NCBI RefSeq assembly: GCF_964204645.1
Contig: NC_134030.1
Coordinates: 11,119,947 to 11,183,946 of the forward strand
Reading direction: 5' to 3'
Length of the DNA: 64,000 bases
Source: Tubulanus polymorphus
Lineage: Eukaryota > Animalia > Nemertea
Part shown: one piece after another, positions 1 through 15,200 of the stretch
How the letters are laid out: every line of letters starts with the position of its first letter
How positions within the stretch are numbered: position 1 is the stretch's first letter
Position numbers and translations under genes: made by a program
The notes under the pieces: generated by a model
Database searches by the model: none
The model's input: only the letters and a program-made list of their open reading frames with translations
What the model was told of the DNA's origin: nothing

Positions 1-269
1 CGACATAATAAGTCGAAATTCGACTTATTTTGTCGAAATTCGACTTATTAGGTCGAAATTCGACTTATTAAGTCACTTACGAAATATTTTTCGATAGAAA
101 TCTATTTTTCATGAAATTATTTTCATTCACGAATATTTTTCGATGGAAAATAATTTTTTATGACGAAATTATTTTCACTCACGAAATATTTTTCGATGGA
201 AATTTATTTTTCATGACGAAATTATTTTTATGTCAGAATATATTTTCATGGCCCTTATCAGCCACCATA
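1..269. mobile_element. Right end of a non-autonomous IS3EU-like element (truncated by window start)
   Basis: Tandem AGTCGAAATTCGACTT units and ~60-bp repeats ending in CATGGCCCTTATCAGCCACCATA (269), nearly the same terminus as the MITEs at 21852-23427 and 14097. Confidence 0.6.
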
Positions 270-807
270 ATGAAGGTATAAACATTTAAAAAAATGAACG
301 AAGCAAATACCAAGCAAACTTTGGGGCATTTTCGAATTACTTGGAGTAAGGATATTTTCAGGGAAAATGGGATAGCGATTGGGAAGAATAATTGGTAAAA
401 GATATACTTGATCAAAGATGTCTTAAAATGGAAGGGCACAGGAAAAAAAAACAATATGAATCATCTATTTTATCACTCCAGTATTTCCGACATTGAATTG
501 GAAACAATAATCAAAAATGAATAGGTGAACAAAAAAAATTGAATTCGAATTATTGGAGAACGGACGGAGAAAACTAGCTGTTGCAAATGATAAGATCGAA
601 GATTGGGTCGGAATATAGGAAGAAAATGTTTATTCATGATCAACACGTATTGGGATTTGTAGATATTTCTTTTCGTATGACGTATCTTCGGCGGAACACT
701 CCATATTCCTAGTAATCTAAATGTCCTTGCGTACGTTGTTTTCACGCGTTTACATTTTTTAATCGAGTAAATGTATCATTGGAGAATTTCACAAATATAT
801 ATTTCAG

Positions 808-2549
808 TTCGGCTACATTACCAGTGACATACCGGTGCCTTGAAGAGAACAACCACGTGGATCGTCGGGTGACGCGGTTTGTATTACCAGTCGGCGCCAC
901 TATCAACATGGATGGAACCGCCCTCTATGAAGCTGTCGCCGCAATTTTCATCGCCCAACTAAACGGCATAGATCTGACTATAGGACAAATAATTACAATA
1001 AGGTACGTAGAAACCAAGCCTGAGGTTGTGGCTACAGTATCAACTGCTCCCTACTCCACCCACTAAATTTCATGTAAAAGAATATTGGCACTATTCCTAG
1101 TTTCATATACCGCCATGCGTTAGATTTACATCAGATGATAATCATTAGGAGCGCGCATGTTGATATCGTTTACAATAATGTTTTTAAACAACGATAACAA
1201 AAACAACAACAAAACCCTTTGGTAAAAATGCACAATCATGTATCAACACATTACATGATAGGAAACCTGCGACCTTCTGTGGCGATCGAGAATTTCACTC
1301 ACGGCCGGCGATGGTCCAACAGGTATGCTTGTAGTTACTCGGTCTTCCGCATATTGTATATTTGGTAGTTCGTGTGATGATGTATGAACTCGGAGGCATA
1401 GAAATTCAGTTTAAAGTTCACAGAAAATATAACTAATTTTGATAACGGAAGACTGAGCGCTCGTCACACCATCTGGTGGCATAGCTGGTGCTGTGGTCCC
1501 CCATTATACCTAATGTAATTTATCACCATCAAATTTAGCATATCATACATTATATGATGTATGGTATCATATGATATACATATTTGATTTATTTTCGACA
1601 CAATGAAATACGTTAAGAACGTAAAACAAAACTGAATACCCCAACATGATTTCACGTATGTCCGCTGTGTAAAATTGTCATTGTCATGGATATTTCAGCA
1701 TTACATCTACTGCAGCCTCTATCGGCGCTGCTGGTGTTCCTCAAGCTGGATTTGTAACCATGATTATCGTTCTTACTGCGGTTGGCTTGCCGACAGAGGA
1801 CGCAACTAAAGTCATAGCAGTCGATTGGCTTCTGTATGTATCGACACAATCTCGTAAAGGCGTACTCTTTTATGATCTCCGAAGTCTTCATCCGAAATCT
1901 CCGATTGGCTCCACACAAAATCCAAATCACACCTCCTCGACAGAAAGGAGGACTCTCCAAAAAGTCATCTGACCAATAAAAGAGTACGATTGGAGGCAAA
2001 CGGATTCTCAAATCTGATAAGAGTACACCCTAACAGATTTTTAATCGATTATACGGGGGCGACATGGTGGAAAATGTATGTTTTCATTTTTCTCGTGGGA
2101 ATGAAATAATCTTTTCATACCCAAGAAACAGATTTCGTTCCCACGTTCCCAATAAAAGAATATCTATTTTTCACCATGTCGACCCCGGGGCCTAAAAATG
2201 CCACATTAACAATATATATTGTATGTTTATGATTGCATTTAGGGACCGGTTCCGGACGATGGTAAACGTGCTCGGAGATTCAATCGGAACGGGGATCGTC
2301 GAAAAACTTTCGAGGGGGCATCTAAAAAAGATGGACGCATCCGACAAACAAGATGCGATCGAAAATGTCAGTTGCGCGACTGATGGTCAACCGGTGAATA
2401 ACCAGAACAAACAAACCGACAAACGTGGTTCAGGAGATGTGAATCGAATCGAAAACGTTGTTGGACATTCATCATATTACTCACCAGCGGGCGTAGAAAA
2501 TAACGGTTACGTATCGGACCAGAAAGATAGTGAGACAACAACGTTTTGA
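808..2549 (+). CDS. SLC1 family (EAAT/ASCT-like) amino-acid transporter, last three coding exons; 5' part outside window
   Basis: Exons 808-1002, 1699-1833 and 2243-2549 with AG/GT boundaries and matching phases. Motifs [35 protein letters not shown] and [12 protein letters not shown] are SLC1 signatures. Confidence 0.95.
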
Positions 2550-3123
2550 AAAAAAAACAGTTATTAGCGAAAGGGATTGAAAATGAAGAAAAGATGTTCT
2601 CGATCAAAGATGTTCCAAATAGAAATACTGTATTTTTATCATTCGAGTATTTTCCACAGAAAACTGGAAAAATAAAAAGGAGTGATCATTGTTTTGAATT
2701 GAATTCTAACGATCGTAGAACAAACGGAGGAAACTTGATTAGGCCGAAAATGGAGTCGGATATAGCAAAAAATGTTTAGGATAAAACCATGTCGGAGGGT
2801 TAATAGTAGATAATCGATTTCGTACTACGTATGTATCAATGTATGTTTATATCATCAATATATGTACCGGAATACATATACATTCAAGAAAAATTAACAA
2901 AAATCTATTTATTCATATCCATTCAAAAGTTCACTTCCGTCATTTTTTCATATACATGTACATATTTACAAGACGAATAGAACAAATTTATTGTCGTGTG
3001 TAGACGGCGTATTGATCACAAGACATCGGACAGGTCAATAAATCAATATTTTAGGAACGGTGTATCGTAAATTTCCCGCGATTGCCGAAGGCAGATGATC
3101 CAGGGTAATCCGGCAGAGGAATC

Positions 3124-4080
3124 ATGAATTCGTCCAGTCTTGACATTGGCCGACCATTTAGCAGCTACATTATTCTTATGTCATTAGAACGAAGCACTGG
3201 TACCACCCGTATATTCACATTGGTAATCTTGATAGTATTTTTCTGTTTGGGTATCTTTGGAAACACAGCGTCGTTCGTGGTGATGATAATCAGCAGATTC
3301 AGGCATCTATCCTACGCTAACTATCTCATCGTTTTGTCAGTCAATGATCTCGTATTTTGTTTGAATTCAACATGTCTTCCTGTATTACAATTCGTTCTAT
3401 TTCGAATCAGCGATCAGCCAATATTGGTGATTAATTCGCGTTCAGCTTGCCAAATACTAGAATTTGTGATCGCATTCGCAGGCTATAACAGTTCGTGGTT
3501 GATAGTTGCTTTGTCTCTTGAAAGGGTTGTTATTGTGCTGTCTCCATTCACAGGGCGGTCGTTATGTAACCCGAAATGTTCGAGACTTGTTATATGCACG
3601 ATTCTTTTCGTGAATGGATTCACTGCATATCATTTTAACATCGTACAGATGCAGTTTTCTAACATACTGGGAGGATGTTACTTGACGACAAATGACCAAA
3701 ACGTAAATTATTTCTTTTTTGTTATATATGTCTACGTTGTACCAATGGCTTTAATATTCTTATCCAATTCCATTATCATAATTCGATTATTTTGGAAACG
3801 GAAAATCGTTTGTTCCGATGATAAATCGAGAAAGGCGAAACGAACGACGGTAATGCTCGTCACCGTTTCTCTAACATTTGCAACATTAACGATGCCGTCG
3901 ACAATTGCCACTCTTATACCTACATCGAATTCTACACTAAAGTTCATACATTATAACATATTTTCTCAGATTGCTTCTTGTAACTATATCATCAATTTCT
4001 ACTTATACATATTCCTGGGAAGGGAAATTCGAACGTTTTTCTTGAAAAACTTTTTCCGTTGTCGAAGAAATAGATTTTGA
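3124..4080 (+). CDS. Intronless class A (rhodopsin-like) GPCR, peptide-receptor-like
   Basis: 318-aa ORF with seven hydrophobic segments; TM1 GN, TM2 LSVND, TM3 SLERV, TM7 INFYLY. Confidence 0.9.
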   Translation: MNSSSLDIGRPFSSYIILMSLERSTGTTRIFTLVILIVFFCLGIFGNTASFVVMIISRFRHLSYANYLIVLSVNDLVFCLNSTCLPVLQFVLFRISDQPILVINSRSACQILEFVIAFAGYNSSWLIVALSLERVVIVLSPFTGRSLCNPKCSRLVICTILFVNGFTAYHFNIVQMQFSNILGGCYLTTNDQNVNYFFFVIYVYVVPMALIFLSNSIIIIRLFWKRKIVCSDDKSRKAKRTTVMLVTVSLTFATLTMPSTIATLIPTSNSTLKFIHYNIFSQIASCNYIINFYLYIFLGREIRTFFLKNFFRCRRNRF

Positions 4081-5069
4081 AATGAATTTTTCGATGAAAA
4101 AGAGATGCGAAGTTTTTGAATGAAAATCCATGCAGGATCTGCCATCGTTAGGCGAAAACCAAAATATATATACTAGATGTTGTGGGCTGGTCAGACGTTA
4201 ATTGTTGCTCCATCGGAATCAAAATTAATAGTGTCGTCGGTGTAGTACTTGTGAAAGGTGCAAATGATGGTGACGACCATGATGATGATAGGCCTATGAT
4301 TTATTTTCAAGTAAAATTTTTACAAAATTAATGAATAAGGAAATGCATTTTAAAGATGTAATAATATTAAACCATTATATCACAAGAATTGTAGAATCGT
4401 AAGCTTCAGTCGCTTCAATATTTTGCTGCTCTTCTGATTATGCGTGTTCCTTCATAAGGACTCTGTGCCACCAGCTATCCCATTAGATGGCGCGCGTATC
4501 AGTGCGACAACCCTGTCAAAATCTAGTTCACTCCTCTTGATCTTTAGGTTCATATATAAGGTGGATTTACTAATCATCATTCGAAGAATTTGAGAAATTA
4601 TGGATCGATTTTAAATGAATCTGAGAAGAAATCCGGGAGTTGTTGTCTGAATGTACACTATCGAACCTGGTGGATACTCGCTTGCCACAGTCGAACGTAT
4701 AGAGTCCCCATTCGGTCAGATTACACATACGTATAGTTCGTCAACTACACTTTTGGCTATTTACCCGTTGATGCTAGGATTAAGTACAAGATTATGCTGC
4801 TGAAATTGAATGTTGATGAACTAATTCCTTGAAATCTACTTTTCTCCTATTAGAGGCTACCGAAGTATATTCGCACATGTATATAGGAAAATATCGAGAC
4901 CCCCCAAAATATCGAGATCTCCCAATAATATTCATAACGAACACACAAAATTCGTCGATCGGGCATTTCAGCGAAATACATGAAGTTCCAAAACGTACGT
5001 TTTAAAGGGAGAGCAGAGAGCAAAACAATCCTTCGAAGTAGCATAAAACGGATATAAAGTCATTGTATT

Positions 5070-5309
5070 CAGGGGCGGAACCAAGGAGGATATAGGGATG
5101 CGCACCTCCTAAAATACGCTACCCGGAAAAATGGAAAATATTTAACCTATACCAGTCTGAAACAAGTTTGAATGCACTGTTCCGTGCATTTTCAAAATGA
5201 GTTAATGCTTTCCGTAGAGCTTTCTTTGGTGGGCTCCCCTTTCAATCATATGATATGCCCTAGTGTGGGAGTGCACCCCTCCAAGAATCAGACCCTAGAT
5301 CCGCCTCTG
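5070..5309. mobile_element. CAGGGGCGGA-ended MITE (related copies about 17613-18226 and 27433-27564)
   Basis: Starts CAGGGGCGGAACC and ends GATCCGCCTCTG (imperfect TIR); similar ends recur twice in the window. Confidence 0.5.
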
Positions 5310-6202
5310 TGTATCAGCCTCCGTCGAAGATTAGTCTGTAGGTCTGTGGAGTATCTGAATACAGCAAAAACCTCCAAGAACGAGTCTCAATACTTAACAA
5401 ATAGACTATAGCTTATGCGAATTTTCATCTATCACAGTAACGTAGATACAAATGTATGTATACAATACGTGAACGTCAGAAATAACCGACCCTTCATCCT
5501 ATATTATATCCCTGTTGACCCGTCACAATAATCTGACGTATTTTGCAATAACCTTCGCGCATTATGGAATCGTCTAAACGGTTTTATTCTAAGTTTATTC
5601 ATTGTCAATTGATTAATTCCGTTACAAGTACTCAACTAAATATAATCTAAGGAGTTGACATTATCCGTGGACTGTACATGCACTGCAGATATAGTCATCC
5701 TAGTCATCCTTGTTACGTACGCAGACTTTGGATCATTCTCATCATATTCAAACGTATACAATATATAGCTCATGCGCCTCGAGCGTACTTACACGCGAAG
5801 CTAATTCGAGAAGGCACATTTCCGAACATTTCGTTGTCGTCGATTTACATCGCATTATGTTCGTTAGGATAACCTAATAACCGTTCTGCGAAATGATTGA
5901 AATGACGAATCAAACTTAGCATAACTCTATCATAAACAAAGAGTATTTCTTTCAAAAGTTATTTGGTTGATTTTCTACTGTGTGCATCTGAACACTAACG
6001 GCACACAAGCAAATACTGCGGACGCAAAATCTTTGACTCTAAGTATCTAGTTTGATGTTTTTCGATGCAGCGCAAAGTACGTGCGCTCTCGTGTGCGGAG
6101 AACTCGTTAAAGCTGATAATTACTTTTATCAGACCCTCTTCTTTGCGATATGTTATACACGGATTACCGCAAGTGTCATAATTGTTTCTTTCTAAGTGGC
6201 AT

Positions 6203-9200
6203 TTAGAACGTTCGTGGTTGGTACAAAGTACCAATTGCTACCAACAAGACGGCACCGACTAACAAACACACCGATATTATTATTGTCTTAATCGTTGGCA
6301 AATTTAAAATGGGCTTTATGGACACCGATGAACCATTGTTTGGTAAGCACGATATATCGAGCAGTTGACACATCAAATTGTACACATCAACGGAATGCAG
6401 TTCACTGAGAACAACGCCTTCCTGTATATCTGAAAGGAAACGAAATAATAAGTTGATACGAAATTCTAGAATCCGTCTAGTGTAAAATACGATTCATAGC
6501 ATTACCTGGGCCACGTGTTAATACAAGCCCGTTCATTGATTGATGAAGTATATCATAACCACAAGCAGCTTTTAACGAATGATGTGCTTTGCTACTCTGA
6601 AATAGAAACCCAACATCGTGTTTGATTACTGTGCGTACATATTTTGAAGCGGTCAATGGCGTGATCAGAAATGTAGAGGATAACATAAAATCCATTGACA
6701 TCATTAAAATCTGCGTGTCAGTCGCCAATTTCAAAATTAAACCAATGGATGATAGTTGCGTCACTTAGGGTTCGGACGATAGACCCAAGTCCTCCGTTTT
6801 TATATTTCCAAATTTTGTTTTTTTCAGCAGTCAATTTCATAAATAGCCTAAATAGAGTTCAAGAAAACGCCCCTTTCTCGTATTTCAAAGGTTAAGACTA
6901 TTCTAAGGACTTTCAAGCAATTTCAGGGATTCAGAAATGCTCATATGCCTTCGTCGATCGGCGGATACAGTGCGAAATTTACGGCATATACGTAGTTCCA
7001 TACTCATGGGCAACTAGTCCTATATACACTAAGATATCCATATGTGGATTAAGAACAGTATTTCGACAGTAGGCAACATGTTTAGAGGCTACATTTAGCT
7101 ATGATGGTTGATAATATCTTGGCAAAACGATTATCAACTGAGGCATTTTTAATGTCGAAACAGAAAACTTCGATTATGAGTTATTCATTAGTGTTTTGTT
7201 CTCTCATCAGACCAATAAACGAATCATTAACCACAATTCAACATGCCTCGGTATTTGCATAGATGTACCAGCCGGGATCAGCAGTGACCATAATTGGTGC
7301 CATACGCGCGTTATGACGCACGCGCTCATAATTCCATCTGGCGGGAATCTCGGATTTATCATAAACGGTCATATTTGGGTGTTTCCCTTTCAACGATCCA
7401 ATTATCTAGAAGAAGAGAAAAAAGAATCGAAATAAGCCGAGGTACACATTAAAAAAGCAAACTAAAAAACAAAAACGTTGGAAGCACATCCCAAGATGAA
7501 CAAAGATGAATACAGATAATGATCAATATATTTTTGGTATATGGAGTATATGGAATAATTACAATGGGATACCGGCAACACCAGATGGCGCAAGAGAACA
7601 CTATAAATTCGTAGTGAAATTTAACAATGAAATTTGACCTTGAATTTTAGGCTTCCAAATCCGAAAGTTATCAAACGAGCTGTCGAAAGATTCCCTTTCT
7701 CACTCAGTTTATGGTATTGATTTCATTGAAAATTGATTTACTAACCACAAAATGTAATCAAAATGAAGAATTTGCAGCGTGGTGACCCAGTGTCACTAAA
7801 TAGCGATCCATGCGGATTATCGCTGAATCCTCGCTTCCCTCAGTAGCGTTAATGGTATCCCATTGAACATAAACTGATATTGAAGTGGTAGAAATATAAT
7901 TTCAACGAATGACTAATATGGGCTAATGAGGACTCTACGTTCAACCGAGGTAACCGAGGATCCGCTTGAAGGAAGCGCGTTTGCTAGACTGCTTGTTTTA
8001 AACGTTGTTCATCCTTTGGGTGTGACTACGAGAAATGGTAGACATACAGATCTAGGATAAAAGATGACAGCTTTGTTTCTCCTAATCGATCGGGTCATTT
8101 TGTAAAAAATGCAATTAAATTTGTAGTCAGTTCATTTTTTAGCTGCCAGGTCTGTCATTGTTGGCTTGAAAATGATTTAGAAAAAATGTAAGTGTACAGG
8201 TAAGATAGGTGGCTGGTCGGGTGAACTTTTAAGATAGCAGAAAGGAGAAACAGGCTTCAATTTTTTAGCCTTTTCTGAAAACTTCATTGTCCACTGACCT
8301 TGCCCATTTCTCCATGCTTCGGCCATATTTGGATAAATGCACCCTCTGGTGTTATGTACCGAATGACCAGATGGAGGTTTGGTATATAATTGGTAAGAAC
8401 GATCGTCTGTTTTATGGTAGCCATGCCATGGTTACCTAGCAGTAGTATATTGAGACCATGTCGCTGTGTGGAGGAATTTACTCTGGCTACGACTGATCGA
8501 AGTATATCATCTATAGAACGAACTGTGGCGTTCATTTCAGAGGAAAAAATACCGTACCTTCGCTCGGCGTTGTACACCTGAGATATTCGGATACCTACGT
8601 AAGAACAAAGTTGTATAGCTAAATGGACGTTTTATTTTACTATACACGTATGAATTCGACAACGGGATACAAACATCGGGCCAGATATTAATCGCAGTTG
8701 TTAACCGCATGGCATTGAGATAAACTCATATCTGGAATATCAAGTCAATATATCGTATTGATTCTTATGGTCACTGTTCACCTAACGCTTTGAAATTGAA
8801 ATTGAATTTGCAAATACTTTTTCTTCAGAAATCTCTGTACATTGCTGTAGTGAACGGAAGAAAAGGGAACTTCGAAGAAACAGGTGAGTACCAAACAACA
8901 TATTTACACGAAAAATCAGCTGCACCCGAAAGAAGAGTCCGGACGCTTGAATTGATATTGTGCCGTAGTTCTTTAATTGTCTGCGGGTGTGAAGATAATG
9001 AGCAGTATTTCGGACCGGGTGTCTTCGTTTGTTCTTCACAATCGTACCAATTGTAAAGCAACCCTCGTCGACTCTGTAATAGAATTAATTCGTACTAGTT
9101 GACTATTTTCCGACGTGAAAATAATATTTGAGCAAATGTTTGAATGGAATGTAAAATCATTTGGCGACGATACGAGAAAAACTGATTAGTTTATGAATAT

Positions 9201-12200
9201 GAATTGCTAGTTTCCACGGGCGTATTCTGGTGTAGGAATTATACCAATTCCGGATCAAAAATTCTCGACCCGTTTTTTATCGGGTTAAAGGATTAATATG
9301 CTATAAATTTTTGAATAGGGCTAGGTTTCATGGTTTACATTATTCCAGACTAAACGACCCAACCAGAAGAGTTGAATCGGTAAAGACACATTGAAAGCTG
9401 CCATTGAAAAAATAGTAATACTAAAAGTAATCCAATTTCGACAGCAACCTCTCCCCGTGATACAACGTTCAAAGGCGCTTGCAATTGAATTGGTACTATT
9501 ATCCCCAGCCTATAACTCTATCTACAACCATGTAACAGCTATCTCTCCCTGAGGAGAAGTAACATCCGAGCAGCTGCTAGGCGCTCTGGAGTCATCTACC
9601 TGACAATTGTACTCATTCTCCTGAGTGCAACAAACGCATTTACCCGTCAAACACGGTTATTTCTTACGCATAATTTTCGATGCATTGTCTTTTCATTTAT
9701 ATGTGAATGAATGAATGAACATTTTATTTTTCGAATATAATTTACAGCATAGTGTACTAAAGCATAATAATACAAAAAACAGTAAATTAGACTTGGAGGG
9801 GTCTGTAGAAACTAAGAAATAGTTTATATAAAACAGGTCCCTCAAAAAAGAAAAGCGAAGAAGATAAAAAAGAGAAAATGCAATAAAAAACACGCTTACA
9901 GTCAACCCTTAACACACAAAATGGACACATAATAAACTATGATAACAGTTTGATTAAGATATAATCATTTAATAAGCTAGATGTTTTCTGTAATACTTCA
10001 ATAACTATAATTTCAGTTTGAACTAGACGATAACTATAATGTAATCAAGCGTAAAGTTGTTTTCTATAATTTCTCAGAAAATGTTTTGAATTATCCAGGT
10101 TTTTTAGATTGTGACTGAAGTTGTTCCAAAGTAGATGGCCGGATATTTTTACTGAAAATTTTCTTCTTTGACTATTGTAAGAGAAAGTGTTCGTAAATCT
10201 TGACGTCACCGAGTATCATGACACTGTGAATTTGAACATTTTGGCTCCAATAATTTTCGAATGATTTTGGTAATTCAGAGTGGACAAATTTGTAGATACA
10301 AGTACCTAGCTGAAGTTTATTAATATCTTTGAGCTTGAGGACATTGAACTGTTTGCATATGGTCAGTGTGCGCCAAATAACGGGAATTAGAAATTAGCCA
10401 ATAATACAGTAATTTACATATTGATCAGTTCAAACAGCAATGGCATACTTTTTTGTAGAAAACTCATCTAAAGCCAAATACCTTCGTGAATTCAAGAAGG
10501 GATTCCCTATGAATCATATCTAGATTTACCTAAGGAGGTACGCGCAAGGCTTGCAAGGTTTAGATGTTCTGTTAGTCGAAACTGGACGCTGGGCCAGACC
10601 TAAGATACCTTATAATAATCGTATTTGCAGATGTTGCAATCTGAATGAAATTGAGGACGAGTACCATTTTGCTTATGTCCTGTATACTCTGGCTTAAGAC
10701 TAAGCTATATATCGAGAACCTACTAGACAAATCCGAACAAAGAAAAATTCATCCACTTAATTTCCAGTAGAGTAAACTATACAATCTTTCCACTTTTCTT
10801 AGGAAAGCCTTTGATATCCGTCTTCGACTATTAAATGGGTAATCTGACTATATACAGTGTGACCACATAGATATATGCCATATATGTGTGTCACAAATCT
10901 ATGTAGAAAGGCTTTCAATTACCTTTGGTATATTATGTATTCAATGTATTTATATACTTGAATTATCTTCATGTATCCGCCATACAGTATTACATTATGT
11001 AATCGTGTTGTATCATGAAAAATTTTATATTTTTTGATATAATAAACTAATAATGATAGTAATATAACAAAAAAGCACGGGACCTAAAAATGAGTCTTGG
11101 GCTACTCCAGTTTTAACGGTACATAATGAATATTTATAATTTTGAATTTGAATGAACTGTTTTCTATTCTGCAAATAGTTTTCAAACCAAATGTTCGAGA
11201 CGCCTCTTATTCCATAAAAACATATTTTCTTCATAATTCTCTTAATTTAGAAGCAATATCTTAGAATATTATTTGTGTGAGTACCATCCTGCGTGCCGCG
11301 GATCGTCGAAACTCTGATAACTCGGCCGTGGAGACCGGGTCCCTGAATTATGGAGAGAACACATAGATGAACAGGAAGTAAATACATACCGGTATAGACT
11401 TGTGTGAAAAAAAATATATGCCTTGTGCGGAAGAAGACTTCTGACATAAACTACTGTATTGATACTAGCAAAAATTCATAAAGTCTTTATGGATTTTTTG
11501 ACGCCTTATAAAACGTTACCATTATGAAACCTTAACAATGCTAACCATTCAGCGTCATTTTACAAACGACAACCGTAAATCGATGTGCAAAACGTCACAG
11601 GTTTATGTGTACACATACAAGCTATTTGGCAAAATATTATTGATAAAGATGTAGAATGGCTCCCTGTGATTATATAATGACCTCTATTTGAACGTCGGAA
11701 TGTTATAATGCATTGAATATCATGAGAAGACGTATTGTAATAGTAAATGATGTATGATTATATCAGGAGCGGCAGGCATAAATAGAAATGATAAGTAAAT
11801 CGGATTATTCGCTTAAATGGCGGATGTATACACGATTTGGAATTCTGATATAAAAGTCAGACCCTGTCATGGGGATGCTAGTGGAATGACGAAGCTATCT
11901 ACGATCTGTGTAGGGCCGGCGTGAATTTCATCGGCGGCTACAAGCGGTCTATATAAAAACGTGTAAACATATAATTTCAATATTCAAATGTTTTAGAAAA
12001 TATGTTCGATATTAGGGGTATGCAGGTTTCATGAGATTAGCAATTTATAATAGCATAGCTGTCATATACGGCTCCGCGTCCACTGATGGCATGTGTATAA
12101 GGTGACAATTCAATTCAATACTTTATTGATCCTTATTACATTGAAATTCCGGGATAAAATTCCCAAATTCAATAAAGTTACAAATTTTAAACTAAGAAAA

Positions 12201-15200
12201 TACAAAATACAAGACACACGGGTAATTCATACAGATTTACATGAATAAGTTATTTAAATGACAATGTCTACTTCAACCCAGACTCAAGTCTAGGATATCG
12301 AGTGACAGCCAAACCGGCTGGCTACACGATATGCTCGAAGTCATGATGAAGCAGACATCAGAAGAGCTCTTTCTTCAACCATGGAGGCAATGAAGTTGCA
12401 GACCAGCTTAGAGGCAAAAGTGAATCGAAGTCGGTCACAAGTTGACAGTTTTTTTTAAAATTAGACCAGTCGAAGACTGTATCATCTACCCAATCGCCAA
12501 ATCTCATAATTCCCCAAATTTCTTAAAACTTCGATTTCAAATTTGCAATTCCACATTAGCTTATCCCAGAAATTCTACATTTTTTCGCAGGCGTCAAATA
12601 ATTTATTAAAGTTAATTTTCTTGTTGATACTTATAGTGGTATTACATCGTTTCATTAGATGGCGCATGTGTCTTGCTGACTTCAACATGCCTCAATTGAT
12701 TTTAAGATTCGGCATGCAAAAATTATTTACAGCATTGACACAGCATTGAATTAATTAGCGTCTCACTCTACTTTCTCATGTCGCCACTCATTTAACGTCT
12801 TAAGGCAACTGGATTCAGGGTAGCGGTTTAAATAATCAACACAAATGTTACTCACACAATTATCACATAGCATATTACATTTTTGATACATTTGACTTGC
12901 TTATTACCATTTTAAAGGTATTCTTGATACACAATGGAACTCGTCGCCTATATATGATTCGAATCAATTTTCCTTAACCATAGATTTTACTTTCTTTATA
13001 CATAATCATACAAAATAACATGACAAATTCTCCACGAATCGTACAAGGACATTATACGTGGTTGAAAACAGTCTAAGTTAATATGAATACAGATGACTAC
13101 TACTATCGTTTGATTTTTGGTTTGTTTTTGTAGAGAAGAACAGAAAATGGTGCGAATCTAGAGAGGGTGGAACTTATTTGAATGCGTTGGATGGCGACTG
13201 CGAACGCCGCAGATGCGAAGCCCCACGAGTAGGTTTGGGGGTCCTCCCCCAAAAAAATCTTGAAAATCGAAACGTTTTAGATTCATTTCTGGGCAAATTT
13301 TAATGAATATTTCATATAAAATGTTACTAAAAAAATTGTAATTAATCCTCAAATCCTCATAAAACATCTATAGAATCCCCGAAATGTAATTCAAAAGAAT
13401 ACTATTATGAAAATGTTATTAAAGAAATATGAAAAATGTTTTTTTAATTCGTCAACTGAGTTACTGTGTGAGCCTAGTGTCCGCCATATGTGTTTCTTTA
13501 AACATTATAAACAACGGACTGCCAGCGAGTCGCTGGTCAGTGTGAACTTTTAATTATAACTGACTTTTAACGAGAATGAAATCGAAAATTGATTATTTTG
13601 TCTGCACAAATGTTCATATTTGTAATACATCCCTTGAATGATGTAAAACAACTAAAACTATGAGTGACCCGATAAGATACGCTACAAACTTGGTGAGAGC
13701 CTGGGTTTCATCGGAAGTTTTTCATTTTCATCATACGGACCAATCAGGACAAAAGTATGAGGCCAGTCAAAAATGAGGCCAGTCAAAATTTGAGGCCAGT
13801 CAGTGCCAGTAACTGACGAAACAAAGTTTACCGACTGACATGATTTTTAATGATTTCACGATAGGATTCCTAAGTAGCTTACATCTTCACTCGATCGTTT
13901 TGCGCTAAAAAAAAAACGCTAAAACTTTTTGAATTCTCGCGCAAGAAAACAAAATATTTTTGTTTTCTCGCGCGAGAATTCAAAAAGTTTGGTTTTCTCG
14001 TGCGAGAAAACCAAAAACGGGCCAATGTGAAATTTTTTTTATCGTCGCTTTTGCCGTACAGAAAATTTTTTTAGTATGGCCCGAATCAGCCACCATAGTA
14101 GGAACATCACGCGTGTATCATTTGTTTGTGACGTCATTTATATGTTAATGAAAAAAAAATGATAGCTCCGAGAATCCCCAAAATTGTCGTGCAATGTGGA
14201 GCGTTGAATCGCATGTTTTATCATGCGATGCTACCGGAAAAAAACATTGCAACCTATCGTAAATTACTAACATATGACCTTTAAACAACATAGAGTCATG
14301 TTATTTATCATAGATGAACAGTTTTACACGAGTTGTCATTGAGCCTTCATTCCGTTACGTTGATGTTTGTTTAAAAACTTCGGCGGAATTGACAGAATAA
14401 TACACCTGTAGATTAGGGGCAGCTGGGTTTTATGTCAATCGGATTAATCGTAATTAACTAAATTTAGTAGATTCGATAAAGTAGATTGTCATAGAAGTAT
14501 GACTGCTTTGAATAATGAATATTACTATTGTTACAACTCCCAGCATTTTTTACTATTCCAGCGGCGCAAATGTCGAAACAACGGTGCCGTGTTGGGTTTA
14601 TTGGTCTAATCGATTTTCAACTGATGGATTCAATTATTCTTGGCTCCTCGATAGTAGTATGTACCCCAAAACACTACTCTCAATCACTTTACCTACTTAC
14701 TGCCAATACATCTAAACAACAAAATGTAAATGGATTGGGCATTGTACTCACCTGTTTTATTGCAGTGACCCAAAACGGTTCAACACCACTTTTCCACCAC
14801 GACGCTTGGACGGGTTTCGAGCGGATTCGCGCGGATTGATTTTCGTAAACGTAATGCATATCAAAACTTGTATCGTAAACAACGTCACCAACAAATCCAT
14901 GTGTTTCGGGATAAACACCTAGAAAAAATAGAATATTTTCGTTGAAATTTAATGATGTAATGGCGATGATTATCCAAGGGAAAATATATGATGTTCAAAA
15001 TCTAAGTTCAAAGGATTAAAATCTTGCTTTCGTATCCAGAACAACAACAAAAAACTGACGAGCATTTCTGTGATATGTTTTCATCTTTCTTATCCTGTCA
15101 GTCATATAGACGGCACGACGTGAGCATAATGTTCACACTGATTGTCGCTTAAACCCACAGATAAAGTACATTAGTCGCAGTTCGTATCCATCATCATTAC

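Noticed and set aside
12105-12830. Possible further LINE 3' fragment with a (TTGAA)n-like tail
   Set aside because: Too decayed to support with protein motifs.
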